DNA of 64,000 bases, taken from NCBI GenBank assembly GCA_016935525.1, contig JAFGQU010000002.1, positions 98,560 to 162,559 on the forward strand, in the 5' to 3' direction. Every line of letters starts with the position of its first letter. Position 1 is the stretch's first letter. The notes under the pieces were generated by a model. It searched no databases. It saw only the letters and a program-made list of their open reading frames with translations, and was not told the DNA's origin. Position numbers and translations under genes: made by a program. This document shows positions 18,760 through 27,974 of the stretch, piece by piece. The stretch is from Candidatus Omnitrophota bacterium. GTDB lineage: Bacteria; Omnitrophota; Gorgyraeia; Duberdicusellales; 4484-171.

Positions 18760-20280
18760 TTAACCGGGATGCCCCGCTTCTTTAGGACGAGTGGCGGTCT
18801 CTTTATAATGGTTCGTCCATTTTCCGATCGTATTACGGACTTTAAGTGACCATAATTTAACATAGTCGTTCATTAAAAAATAACCTCCATACACCATATC
18901 GGCAAGAGAGAAAGTCCTCCGCCACAATGTCCGCACGATAAACCAGGGCCGCAGATAAAAAGAAGCCATTGCTTTCCGCTGCAGAGCGCTCAATTCCGGT
19001 TTGGTCATCTTTTCGGGGCTATAGAGGATCTCTCCTTCGGTATCCGACCAATCATACCAGCTGGTATATCTATCGGGATCGTCTTCCCCTTTGGCCGGTT
19101 CCCATTGGTCTTCATAAAATTTCGACCCCGGGAAGGGAGTCGCGATATTGAATTTAACGATGTCCGGATTTACCTTTTTCGCGAATCGGATCGTTTCTTC
19201 GCAGGTAGAGGCATCTTCTTGCGGCAACCCCAATACAAATAATCCTAAAGAAAGGACTCCGGCTTTCCTGGTATATTCCATCGCCTGATACCCTTGCTCA
19301 AGGGTGGCGCATTTATTTACCGAATCAAGGATCCTCTGATTTCCCACCTCAAATCCATACATGATCAAATACAGGTTAGCTTCTTTCATCCTGCGCAGCA
19401 AATCGAGATTTACCTTATCTACTCTAGTCTCAGTAAACCAGCGTATCTTTTTATGCAGTTTGCGTTTTATAAACTCATCACAAAATGCTAAGCCGGATTC
19501 TATCGAAACCGGAAAATAGGCGTCGGTAAAACCGACATACTCTATTCCGAACCGCTCATAAAGATATTCTATCTCATCGATAACTTTATAGATATTCCGG
19601 CAGCGGAACGTATCGTACATCTTATCCTGGGAACAGAAAGTACAACGATAAGGACATCCCCGGGAAGCTTGTATCGGCAAAACAAGTTTATTATAAATAC
19701 CCAGCATAGGATATCTCCGATAGTACCGAAGCTGACACAGATCCCAGGCCGGAACAGGAAGCTGATCCAGATCCGCGATGCATCCCCGTCCTTTATTATG
19801 ATATACTCCCCCGGCGTACCGATAACTGATCCCCTCGATTTCATTCAACATCCGGTCATCCCGTAACGCGGTGAGCGCCTCCAGAAAACTCTCTTCGCCT
19901 TCGCCGCGGACAACAATATCCGCGACATCATCTTTCAGGAGTTCATCGGCAAAAAGGGTCGGATGGATATTACCCAGTATGCAGGTACATGATCTTTTCG
20001 CCGACCGGATCTGGCTTACTAAAGATATCACGTTGCCCATGACCGCGGTCAAACAGGAAATACCGACGACATCAAAATCCTCATCCACGATCATTCTGGC
20101 GATATCCTGGTTGCTTCGGCGGGTAGCATACTGATCTTCGATGGAAACCTCAAATCCCCCGTCCCGAGCGATAGCGGCCAAATAGGCTAGTCCTAACGGT
20201 GGCAGAGGGCTTACCGAACGATAATACCGCGCACTTTTTTGGGCTACATGCGATATGGGGTTAATTATTAAGATTTTCAT
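18760..20280 (-). CDS. Cobalamin-dependent radical SAM enzyme
   Basis: PPLGLAYLAA, GNIHPT, RGEGE, SRGCPYRCTFC, YGFEVG and PFPGS. Confidence 0.92.
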   Translation of the reverse strand: MKILIINPISHVAQKSARYYRSVSPLPPLGLAYLAAIARDGGFEVSIEDQYATRRSNQDIARMIVDEDFDVVGISCLTAVMGNVISLVSQIRSAKRSCTCILGNIHPTLFADELLKDDVADIVVRGEGEESFLEALTALRDDRMLNEIEGISYRYAGGVYHNKGRGCIADLDQLPVPAWDLCQLRYYRRYPMLGIYNKLVLPIQASRGCPYRCTFCSQDKMYDTFRCRNIYKVIDEIEYLYERFGIEYVGFTDAYFPVSIESGLAFCDEFIKRKLHKKIRWFTETRVDKVNLDLLRRMKEANLYLIMYGFEVGNQRILDSVNKCATLEQGYQAMEYTRKAGVLSLGLFVLGLPQEDASTCEETIRFAKKVNPDIVKFNIATPFPGSKFYEDQWEPAKGEDDPDRYTSWYDWSDTEGEILYSPEKMTKPELSALQRKAMASFYLRPWFIVRTLWRRTFSLADMVYGGYFLMNDYVKLWSLKVRNTIGKWTNHYKETATRPKEAGHPG

Positions 20281-20295
20281 CGTTATGTTCCGAAA

Positions 20296-20435
20296 GTGAA
20301 TCTCCTCGGACTAAAAGTCCGAGGCTTCTTCACGTCCCGCCAGACTTCGTTCGGCGGGACATCCGCCTCAGGCGGATAATTTCTCTCATTCATCCCCGAT
20401 CTGAAGCCCGGGGACTTCTGCGTAGAAATTAAAAA
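20296..20435 (-). mobile_element. Non-autonomous IS200/IS605-type miniature element (PATE/MITE-like), copy 1
   Basis: 140 bp, near-identical to 22987-23126. Subterminal hairpins CCCCGGGCTTCAGATCGGGG and CCTCGGACTTTTAGTCCGAGG, ending TTCAC on the minus strand; T-rich TTTAAT at the other end. No terminal inverted repeats or target duplication. Confidence 0.7.
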
Positions 20436-20476
20436 GCAGGTCGGGATTACCCGTTCGACAACAACACACGGTGTTT

Positions 20477-20504
20477 ATTATAAATCCATATCCTCACCTG
20501 TCAA
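20477..20504 (-). promoter_or_regulatory. Sigma70 promoter for the B12-rSAM triplet operon
   Basis: TTGACA (20504-20499)-16 nt-TATAAT (20482-20477), perfect hexamers. Confidence 0.65.
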
Positions 20505-20542
20505 ATACCTCAAACAATCGGATTGGTTCGTGCTTGCATGCC

Positions 20543-22105
20543 TTATTGCCGGTTTTTACGAGAGGCATATATCTTAATCATCGGATGGTACTGGGTGTTT
20601 ATAAAGGAACGGTGGACCGTAGGGATCCGGGGGATAAATTCCTTTATCAATAAAAAACGTTGATCGATATAATCATAAAAACCTTTTACATATCCCTGGG
20701 GATATCTCTCTTTCAAAATAATAAAATCAAATTCGTTATTCCTAAACAAATTCTCATATTGCCTCAGTTGTTCTTCTCCAATAACCTGGACATCATAAGG
20801 ATCTTCCCGACGAAAAACAAAAGACATTCCTCCGCCGTAGCTGTCGCTAAGAATACGGGCGCCATGGGGGACCTCGCGAGAAGCCCACTGCCTCACCATG
20901 ATCCGCGTATCTTTTTGATTCATCCAACGGACATAATATCCGGCCCAAAAAATACTATTGCCCAGAAAAACCGCGCAGGCCAATAAAAGGATCCAATTGA
21001 CACCTCTGTTGAGAAGAAATTTTTTCTTAAAAAAGCACATAACATCCATTAAGAACCACCCGGCAAACAACACCATCCACGGCAACAAAGGGAGCATATA
21101 TCGGGCGCGGTTCAGCATGAAAAATCCCATAATAAAATAATAAGCAAAAGGGAAAGAGAGCATAAAAATGTCTTTTTTTGAGTGACGCCAGACAGCTGCC
21201 GCCATACCGCCTATCGCGCATATGAAAACCGGGAATGTCAATATATCGATGAGTATCCCCGGATAATTCCACCACCCCCGTCGCAGGGGCACCAGATACG
21301 AAGGAAATCCCTGCAGGCCGGCATTCAACTGAAAGAACACATCATTTAAAAAACTTCTGATATCAAAAAACAGAGAAAAATTGCAAAGGAAAAAAATCCC
21401 GGCGGCGATACTACCTGAAAGCAAAAAGTATTTGCTGCTGGAAAATTTGTTTTTCGCCTTTAATAGACCCGCCGCATAAAGGGAAATACTCCCTATAAAA
21501 GCATGGTATTTTGCCGCTATTGCCAACCCCAGCCATAACCCGCTCAATACATAAGCCTTCCGCATCGGACTTTCTCCCAAAAAAATATCGCACATATAAT
21601 AAAAAGCGATAAGTAACAATACTACCATTACCATATCCGCTTTCATCTCGCAGGAATACATCACATGGAACGGGTTGACCGACAAAAACGCTGCGGCAAT
21701 CAATCCTACCTGTGGTGTAAATAATTTCTTTCCGATTCTATACACCATACCTATCTGAAAAATCGAACATACGGCTATCCATGCTCTTCCGCTTAAAATA
21801 ATGATGCTTTCCAGATCCCACGAGAACCATTGCGTAAGAAGCGGGAGCACGGTGATCTTAAGTACGCAAAATGTCCCCCATAACAGGTAGTAAAAAAGAT
21901 GGGGTATAATAAAATTGTGAGGGTTAAGATCGTTGAGATTCAATTCGAGAACGATTCCGGCAATAATGTTTTCATCGATTGCCGGCAACGCCGGGAGATG
22001 ATGCAGAAGGCATTGTATTCGTATCAGAGCGCCGATGAAAACGATCAGGGAGAGTATGTATCGCGGCCAGATTTCTGATAGAACGGTTATTTTCGGTTTA
22101 CACAC
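20543..22105 (-). CDS. GT-C (PMT_2/ArnT-like) glycosyltransferase
   Basis: IDE acidic motif after TM1, NPHNF..PHL, LSVNPFHV.YS...KAD, GLAIAAKY and RYMLPLLP. Confidence 0.85.
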   Translation of the reverse strand: MCKPKITVLSEIWPRYILSLIVFIGALIRIQCLLHHLPALPAIDENIIAGIVLELNLNDLNPHNFIIPHLFYYLLWGTFCVLKITVLPLLTQWFSWDLESIIILSGRAWIAVCSIFQIGMVYRIGKKLFTPQVGLIAAAFLSVNPFHVMYSCEMKADMVMVVLLLIAFYYMCDIFLGESPMRKAYVLSGLWLGLAIAAKYHAFIGSISLYAAGLLKAKNKFSSSKYFLLSGSIAAGIFFLCNFSLFFDIRSFLNDVFFQLNAGLQGFPSYLVPLRRGWWNYPGILIDILTFPVFICAIGGMAAAVWRHSKKDIFMLSFPFAYYFIMGFFMLNRARYMLPLLPWMVLFAGWFLMDVMCFFKKKFLLNRGVNWILLLACAVFLGNSIFWAGYYVRWMNQKDTRIMVRQWASREVPHGARILSDSYGGGMSFVFRREDPYDVQVIGEEQLRQYENLFRNNEFDFIILKERYPQGYVKGFYDYIDQRFLLIKEFIPRIPTVHRSFINTQYHPMIKIYASRKNRQ

Positions 22106-22850
22106 GTTTTTTTGATTTTAATCTGCCGGGGATAAAACGCGGGACACGAGACATATAATCGGCGTACGCCTGCGGGTATTCACCCAATAATTCTTTCTCT
22201 TCCTGTAACGCCAGCCGCCAGTAAGTAAACAATAGTATCGGCAATAACAATAACGTAGGGAACGTCGGCCAGGAAATACACCATCCCACGAGGATAAGGG
22301 AAATCCCTACATACTGGGGGTGGCGGATGAAACGATAGATACCGTCGGTAACCAGCCCTTCGCCCTTGTATATTTTACGCCAGGCCGCGATGATTAAAAA
22401 AATGCCGAATGCCACCGGAATCCTCCCCAATAAAAGGACCCAGCGGATAATCAGTTCCTGGTGGACAATGAACCGTCGGAAATCGGGGTATTGAAAAAAC
22501 GGGGAAAACATATACATCCCGAGCGCAAACCCGAACATCTCGGTAAATAAAGAGATCCAGAATGCCGTCAACATGCCTTTTGATTTCCAGCTTCTTATAC
22601 GGGTATGTTCCGGCCTCTTACGATAGAGCAAAAAAGGGAACAATAGACAAAAAATAAATACATTGAGGAAAAACATCCCTTTGGGACCGATATATTTTAA
22701 TAAAAAAGCGCTGGTGGGAGGAGGGGCCTTTAATCCCCATAACCCGAGGGCACTTCCACTGTATAAATAGAGAAACCCTGCCACATGGATGATACCGCAT
22801 AGTATCAATATCTTTTCATACAGCCGGCTTTTTACCTTCTCTTTACGCAT
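22098..22850 (-). CDS. Isoprenylcysteine carboxyl methyltransferase / PEMT family membrane methyltransferase
   Basis: LVTDGIYRFIRHPQYVG and EEKELLGEYPQAYADYMSRVPRFIP. Confidence 0.85.
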   Translation of the reverse strand: MRKEKVKSRLYEKILILCGIIHVAGFLYLYSGSALGLWGLKAPPPTSAFLLKYIGPKGMFFLNVFIFCLLFPFLLYRKRPEHTRIRSWKSKGMLTAFWISLFTEMFGFALGMYMFSPFFQYPDFRRFIVHQELIIRWVLLLGRIPVAFGIFLIIAAWRKIYKGEGLVTDGIYRFIRHPQYVGISLILVGWCISWPTFPTLLLLPILLFTYWRLALQEEKELLGEYPQAYADYMSRVPRFIPGRLKSKKRV

Positions 22851-22918
22851 TGTATTTTCTTGATAAGGAATACAAAATAACTCGTCATTATTCTATAAAA
22901 AACCTCATATACCGATTT

Positions 22919-22947
22919 ATTTTAGCAAAAGGAAGTGCCAAAAACAA
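22919..22947 (-). promoter_or_regulatory. Candidate sigma70 promoter for the ICMT-like and GT-C genes
   Basis: TTGTTT-17 nt-TAAAAT with extended TG. Confidence 0.35.
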
Positions 22948-22986
22948 TCTTTGCTCTCTGGCCAAAAGCAGTTACTCCTCACTTTA

Positions 22987-23126
22987 GTGAATCGCCTCGG
23001 ACTAAAAGTCCGAGGCTTCTTCACGTCCCGCCGAACGAAGTTTGGCGGGACATCCGCCTGAGGCGGATAATTTCTCGCATTCATCCCCGGTCTAAAGCCC
23101 GGGGATTTCTGCGTAGAAATTAAAAA
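22987..23126 (-). mobile_element. Non-autonomous IS200/IS605-type miniature element, copy 2
   Basis: 140-bp repeat of 20296-20435; its TTTAAT end includes the TAA stop (23120-23122) of the U32 gene. Confidence 0.7.
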
Positions 23127-24301
23127 TACCGGTAAAGTTTTCCGGAAATCATTTCGTCCACACAACGTCTGTATTTCATTTTCAAATCGGCAAGACGTTC
23201 ATCATCAATTTCTCCGACTTTCGCCATAACCTCGAAACAATATCCGCAGTCCTCACACACCTGCTTGCTGCATTGTTTTTCGATGATGCCGGCAAGAAAA
23301 CCGTCGAGTTTTTTGTTCTCAATATACACCGGATTCCCGATGAGCCCTTTAAATTTTTTCAGCTTAAAGATATTTACCGATCCCGGCCGTAAAAAATATT
23401 TCAATGTACGAAATACATTCATTTTTTTGAAAAGAATGCTTTTTGACGGGTCGGGAAATAAATCCAACAAATTGCCGTCGTAAGTCCTCTTCACATACGC
23501 ATCCACAATGGATAGGATTGTAGAGGTAGTCATCCCCCTATCGATAATCTTGAACCAATCGATCCCGATTGTTTCGTAATACCCGGTATCTTCCGGACGG
23601 ATCCACGTGCTACGGATAAAATTGACCGGTTCGGCAAGCTGCTGATAACGGCACCTGATCCGGCAATAATCAATGACAAACCCCCGTGATACATGTCCAC
23701 TTTGAGAAGCATGGGAAGCTATATTCGCATGGTAGATATAGAAAGGGCAATTATGTAAACAGTTTACGTTTACAATAAGCTTCAACTCACAACGGACATC
23801 TTTACGGATCTGCTTAAGAGTCGAAAAATCTCTATTCAAATCGACATTAAAAAGAGTAATACGCCCAGCTCCCAGATCCTGCCAGTATTTCGCCCGGCGG
23901 GCGGTATTCACATAGGCTAAATCCGAAACGCATATGTTCAAGTGAGGGTATCTCTTTTTTATCAATTCTAAAAGATAGGGAGTTGCCACTGTCACCGAGT
24001 CGACTTTGATCCCGACCAACCAGTCAAGAAGACGGGTAATCCGTTTTTGCCCCCGACGGGTCCACTCCGCATTATCCAGACACGTGCTATTTAAAAGATA
24101 GTTAAACTCGATCCCGCAGCCGTGGGCCTGGGTGACGGCGTGAGCCAATCTTTTCTTTGATATGAAAGGCAACTGAAACGAATGTTTTCCTCCGCCGATA
24201 TCATCGGCAGGAAGTTTTCCATAAAGCTCTTTTACCTCAGAGAACTCCGCCACCGAAGCGATCAGGCTACAATCCCCATTAAAAGGAACCGTGAGTTTCA
24301 T
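23120..24301 (-). CDS. Peptidase U32 family Fe-S protein, long paralog 2 (start revised to MKLTVP at 24301)
   Basis: ATGA overlap with the upstream gene; FNYLLNSTC, CLHNCPF...DYCRIRC, WIRPED and C-terminal CSKQVCEDCGYC. Confidence 0.8.
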   Translation of the reverse strand: MKLTVPFNGDCSLIASVAEFSEVKELYGKLPADDIGGGKHSFQLPFISKKRLAHAVTQAHGCGIEFNYLLNSTCLDNAEWTRRGQKRITRLLDWLVGIKVDSVTVATPYLLELIKKRYPHLNICVSDLAYVNTARRAKYWQDLGAGRITLFNVDLNRDFSTLKQIRKDVRCELKLIVNVNCLHNCPFYIYHANIASHASQSGHVSRGFVIDYCRIRCRYQQLAEPVNFIRSTWIRPEDTGYYETIGIDWFKIIDRGMTTSTILSIVDAYVKRTYDGNLLDLFPDPSKSILFKKMNVFRTLKYFLRPGSVNIFKLKKFKGLIGNPVYIENKKLDGFLAGIIEKQCSKQVCEDCGYCFEVMAKVGEIDDERLADLKMKYRRCVDEMISGKLYRYF

Positions 24302-25500
24302 CTTTTCTCTTTCCTGTAGGAGAACATATCCCCCGAGACAATACTTTGGAGATATCGAGCATAGCAGTCTAACATTTTTTTTCTCTGGGCCTGGTCTATA
24401 CGAAGCGCGCGCGCGATAAAATTTTGGCAGTCCGGACAATGTTCCCCGCTTAGCCCCTGAGGATGAACCATCAGCCAATGCGCTAAAAAGCCGTCTAATG
24501 ATGCATTGTCAACGGAAATACCGGAAGCATCCCGTAGCGACTGCATCGTGGCGAATTTAAATATATTCACCGCCTGAGGACGGAAAAAGTAACGGAATGT
24601 CTGCAAAAAAGGTGTTTTTCCTCGAGAAATTTTACCCTCAGAAGTACGTTCCTGAAAAAGGGCCAAGAGATTCCCTTCATACTGTCTTTGGGAATAACTT
24701 ACGAGCATTTTCTCTACATGGGACGTACTTAACGGACGATTGGCGAATTTAATGCTGTCGATCCCTATTTCTTCATAGTAACCCACATCTTCCGGCCGGA
24801 TCCAGGCCGAATAGATGAATTCACCGGGATCGCATAATTTTATATAGTTACAGCGCAAGAAACAATAATCGATCAGGAATCCTCCCGAAGGATGACCGGA
24901 TTGAGAGGCGTGAGCATGCGACACGGCATGGTATTGCCAGAAGGGGCATTCGGAAAGACAGGTAAGATTGGCGATAAGCTGGATTTCGCAGCGCAGCTGT
25001 TTTTTCAAAAGCCGTAAGAGAGGAAAATTGCGGATAACACTCGATGTCGTCGCCAAAGTTATTTTATCGGCACCTAACGATTCCCAATAACGGGCCCGCA
25101 CAAGAGAATCTACGCCGGCCATGGTCGATACCGACACCGTAAGCGTCGGATAATTATGTTTGATAAGTTCCAACAAATAAGGGATCGATACGGTTACCGA
25201 TTCGACGCCGCTATCAATAAGCCATTGCAGAAAATGCCGGATCTTCCGCTGGCCGGCGCGGGTGAATTCACGATTATCCAGACACACCGCATTGAGCAGA
25301 TAGTTAAACCGATATCCTTTATCCCGTACTTCTTTTACATGGCGTTTGAATCGGCCGCGCGAGATGTGCGGTAACATAAAAGACGGTCTCCCTCCGCCGA
25401 CCGGGTCATAGGCTAAAGCTCCGTACAATTCCTCTACGGTATCGTGAGGGATCGCGTCTAAAAGAGCGTTCTCCCAATTCGTAGGAATAACAAATTTCAT
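24298..25500 (-). CDS. Peptidase U32 family Fe-S protein, long paralog 3 (start revised to MKFVIP at 25500)
   Basis: GGGRPS, FNYLLNAVC, CLSECPF...DYCFLRC and WIRPED. Confidence 0.8.
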   Translation of the reverse strand: MKFVIPTNWENALLDAIPHDTVEELYGALAYDPVGGGRPSFMLPHISRGRFKRHVKEVRDKGYRFNYLLNAVCLDNREFTRAGQRKIRHFLQWLIDSGVESVTVSIPYLLELIKHNYPTLTVSVSTMAGVDSLVRARYWESLGADKITLATTSSVIRNFPLLRLLKKQLRCEIQLIANLTCLSECPFWQYHAVSHAHASQSGHPSGGFLIDYCFLRCNYIKLCDPGEFIYSAWIRPEDVGYYEEIGIDSIKFANRPLSTSHVEKMLVSYSQRQYEGNLLALFQERTSEGKISRGKTPFLQTFRYFFRPQAVNIFKFATMQSLRDASGISVDNASLDGFLAHWLMVHPQGLSGEHCPDCQNFIARALRIDQAQRKKMLDCYARYLQSIVSGDMFSYRKEKR

Positions 25501-25504
25501 GTGT

Positions 25505-26887
25505 TTATCTTCTTTTCGGGTACAATTTAGAATAGCTTTTAGGGGAATAATATCGATCAGAGATCTTAAGGATAATCGGCAGCGTATCAACGAGATGACC
25601 CCGGTCGTCCAATAACACTTTATCTGGGGGAACGACTGTTTCCAGAAATTCTTTAAGTACTTTCTCCCGGTTGTTACTCGCTTTCAACAGAGGACCGCGG
25701 AATATCTTAAGAACCGGAGATGAGATTAACACTAAAATTATCCCTATAAATATAATAGATGTTGCCGGGCGTAACGGAAAATAACTCTTCATGCGCCCGA
25801 GAAAGGAAGCTCCGATAAAAGCGATAAAAGGAAGCATATAAAGGGTATAGTAAGGCATCAGTATCCGCATACCGCATAAACAAATATAGATACAGAGAAC
25901 GTATCCCGTCACTACTATCATTTTTCGGTCTTTTCTCCACACGCTATATACCGCCCCGGCTACGAACGGGATAAGAAAACTCAAACCGACACTTTCATAG
26001 AGGATACGCACATACCCCGACCACGAAGGAGAATCCGGAAAAGACCAAGGCAACTCGGTAGTTAACGTTACCGAATAATGTTTAAAAGCAAATAGAATTG
26101 CATCCAGATTTTTAAAAAATAACGGATAACCGGCAAAAAAGCCAAGCGCTATGAAAACGATGCCCGCGAATAATGGCTTGAGCGATGTTTTCTTAAAAGC
26201 CTCAGAAACAGTAGTAAACCTTAGTACATGGGCCAAAAGGAAAGGCGCAACCGTTACAAAAGAACTTGGTTTGATCGCGCCTCCCAATCCGATAAGGAAT
26301 CCCGTGAGCAGATAATATTTCCTTTTCCCTTCGAACATACGCAACAGAAAAAGAAAAGCCAGTGTCACAAAAAAAACCAGAGGGATCCTATAGGCAATAA
26401 ACCGTGATTCCCGCACATGCAGATACATCACTGATAAAAATAAAGCGCTCAACAATCCCGTATTTTCATCCTCATTCTGTTTCCCGATAAGATATGCCAC
26501 ATATACAGTAGCTATCCCGAACAACGCGTTGACCATTCTTCCGGTAAAAAGGAACATCCATACATCGGTGAGCCGTCTGGAATCAAAATCAACTACTGAC
26601 TTAAAAAAACCGAACATATACCCCAACGCATAGAGGAACCACTCTGCGATAAAGTGAATTAAATTATGAAAAGGCCACTTATCTAATATAAGCGTACATT
26701 GCGGCGGTAAATAGTTCAATCGCCGTGACCAGACCCAGCCAAGCTCACTGAATAAATTCGGGGATTGTGAATAAAGATTAACTAACCGCAGGAATGCCGC
26801 TATAAGAAGAATCGCCAACAGCAGCAATTTCTTCGTAGAAATCTTCTTTTTCCATCTTTCCCAGACAGGCCGGGCACACTCACACAT
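25505..26887 (-). CDS. GT-C (PMT_2/ArnT-like) glycosyltransferase (start uncertain)
   Basis: AAFLRL, GRMVNALFG, FLSVMYLHVRESR and GLGGAIK; polytopic, similar to 20543-22105. Confidence 0.75.
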   Translation of the reverse strand: MCECARPVWERWKKKISTKKLLLLAILLIAAFLRLVNLYSQSPNLFSELGWVWSRRLNYLPPQCTLILDKWPFHNLIHFIAEWFLYALGYMFGFFKSVVDFDSRRLTDVWMFLFTGRMVNALFGIATVYVAYLIGKQNEDENTGLLSALFLSVMYLHVRESRFIAYRIPLVFFVTLAFLFLLRMFEGKRKYYLLTGFLIGLGGAIKPSSFVTVAPFLLAHVLRFTTVSEAFKKTSLKPLFAGIVFIALGFFAGYPLFFKNLDAILFAFKHYSVTLTTELPWSFPDSPSWSGYVRILYESVGLSFLIPFVAGAVYSVWRKDRKMIVVTGYVLCIYICLCGMRILMPYYTLYMLPFIAFIGASFLGRMKSYFPLRPATSIIFIGIILVLISSPVLKIFRGPLLKASNNREKVLKEFLETVVPPDKVLLDDRGHLVDTLPIILKISDRYYSPKSYSKLYPKRR

Positions 26888-27974
26888 AGGTAACCTTTTC
26901 ATACATTTTCGGGATCGCATCGATCTTGGCCATCACCGGTTCATAGTCAAGGCCTACTTTTTGTAAATAAGCCCGGATCTCATCGTACCTCGGTCGGTTT
27001 TCTTCCCTCACGATCCTCAAGGCATCATCCCGGGTAAGCATGCCTTCACGTATCTGGTTACTGCGGAACACATCGTTTTCGGTAAACCCGGCTACGGTAC
27101 AATAGATATAATTATAAAAAGGAGAAGTCCCATCATCGGTCCTCCACGTAAGGATTGTATCATTTTCTGTTTTCCAATTATACTCTTCTTTCAACGTGCG
27201 GACAATTGTCTCTTCATCCCATTTCAGATAATGCCAAAGGTATATAAAATTAAAACGGATCATATAGGTGCTCCAATAAGCAAATAACGTTTCCCATAGC
27301 GACCTATTGAAATACACCGGATTAAGCAGATGTTGCCATCCGGCAGATAAAGCGAGCTTTATTCTCCCCCCCAGAGCTAAATCATGCATAACTCCGTGCG
27401 GCTCACTGTGTTTTACTCCTAAAAATCCAAACTTATACTCGGATGTTTCCAGTTCATTGCCCCGGCAAAGGAAAATCAATTTAATACCGCGGGCTCGGGC
27501 GACTTTAGTCACATAATATTCTACCGGTTTATCTCCGGCCATAAAAAGCGGCACCATTCCCAAATGAGGCCGGTTAAGCCAGGCGGTGATATACTGTTTT
27601 ATGTACCTCCTTTTTCTCGGGATATCTCCTGAAATAATTACATGTTCTATTCCCAATGTGCCTACCATACGAGCCTGGTTTCTTCGTCCCACATCCGCGA
27701 CCATTCCCCAATCATAGGTAAAGGCGATCGGATTCATCTTCAGGATACGCTTTACATAATGAAGACCATATGAACTGTCGCGGCCTCCGCTAAAGGCTAC
27801 CACACAATCGGGCTCACCGGATTTACTGCGATATCGCTCTGTGAGCTCTTTGAGTGTTTCTTCTCCTTTCACCTGGATCTTCTTATACTCACCACAATAA
27901 TTGCACACCCCGCTTCCATTGAATCGGATAAAAGGCATCGTGTCCGGAAGAATGCATTGTACACACCGTCTCAT
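26880..27974 (-). CDS. N-acetyl sugar amidotransferase-like ATP pyrophosphatase (WbpG/LPS-biosynthesis type)
   Basis: MRRCVQCILP...GVCNYC, PP-loop DCVVAFSGGRDSSY and QIREGMLTRDDAL. Confidence 0.8.
   Translation of the reverse strand: MRRCVQCILPDTMPFIRFNGSGVCNYCGEYKKIQVKGEETLKELTERYRSKSGEPDCVVAFSGGRDSSYGLHYVKRILKMNPIAFTYDWGMVADVGRRNQARMVGTLGIEHVIISGDIPRKRRYIKQYITAWLNRPHLGMVPLFMAGDKPVEYYVTKVARARGIKLIFLCRGNELETSEYKFGFLGVKHSEPHGVMHDLALGGRIKLALSAGWQHLLNPVYFNRSLWETLFAYWSTYMIRFNFIYLWHYLKWDEETIVRTLKEEYNWKTENDTILTWRTDDGTSPFYNYIYCTVAGFTENDVFRSNQIREGMLTRDDALRIVREENRPRYDEIRAYLQKVGLDYEPVMAKIDAIPKMYEKVTYV

Noticed and set aside
22924-22941. Sigma54 promoter-like TGGCAC...TTGC on the minus strand
   Set aside because: GG-to-GC spacing is 11 nt rather than the strictly required 10
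20296-23126. The repeat pair as CRISPR repeats, a composite transposon around the GT-C and ICMT genes, or a complete TnpB omegaRNA
   Set aside because: Only two 140-bp copies, with no spacer array, cas or transposase. Each copy has both ends, and the interior looks too short for an omegaRNA scaffold. Co-mobilisation of the intervening genes cannot be shown.
22917-23165. ORFs 22935-23123 (+) and 22917-23165 (-) as small proteins or RiPP precursors
   Set aside because: They are translations of the palindromic miniature element, with no RBS or precursor-like features
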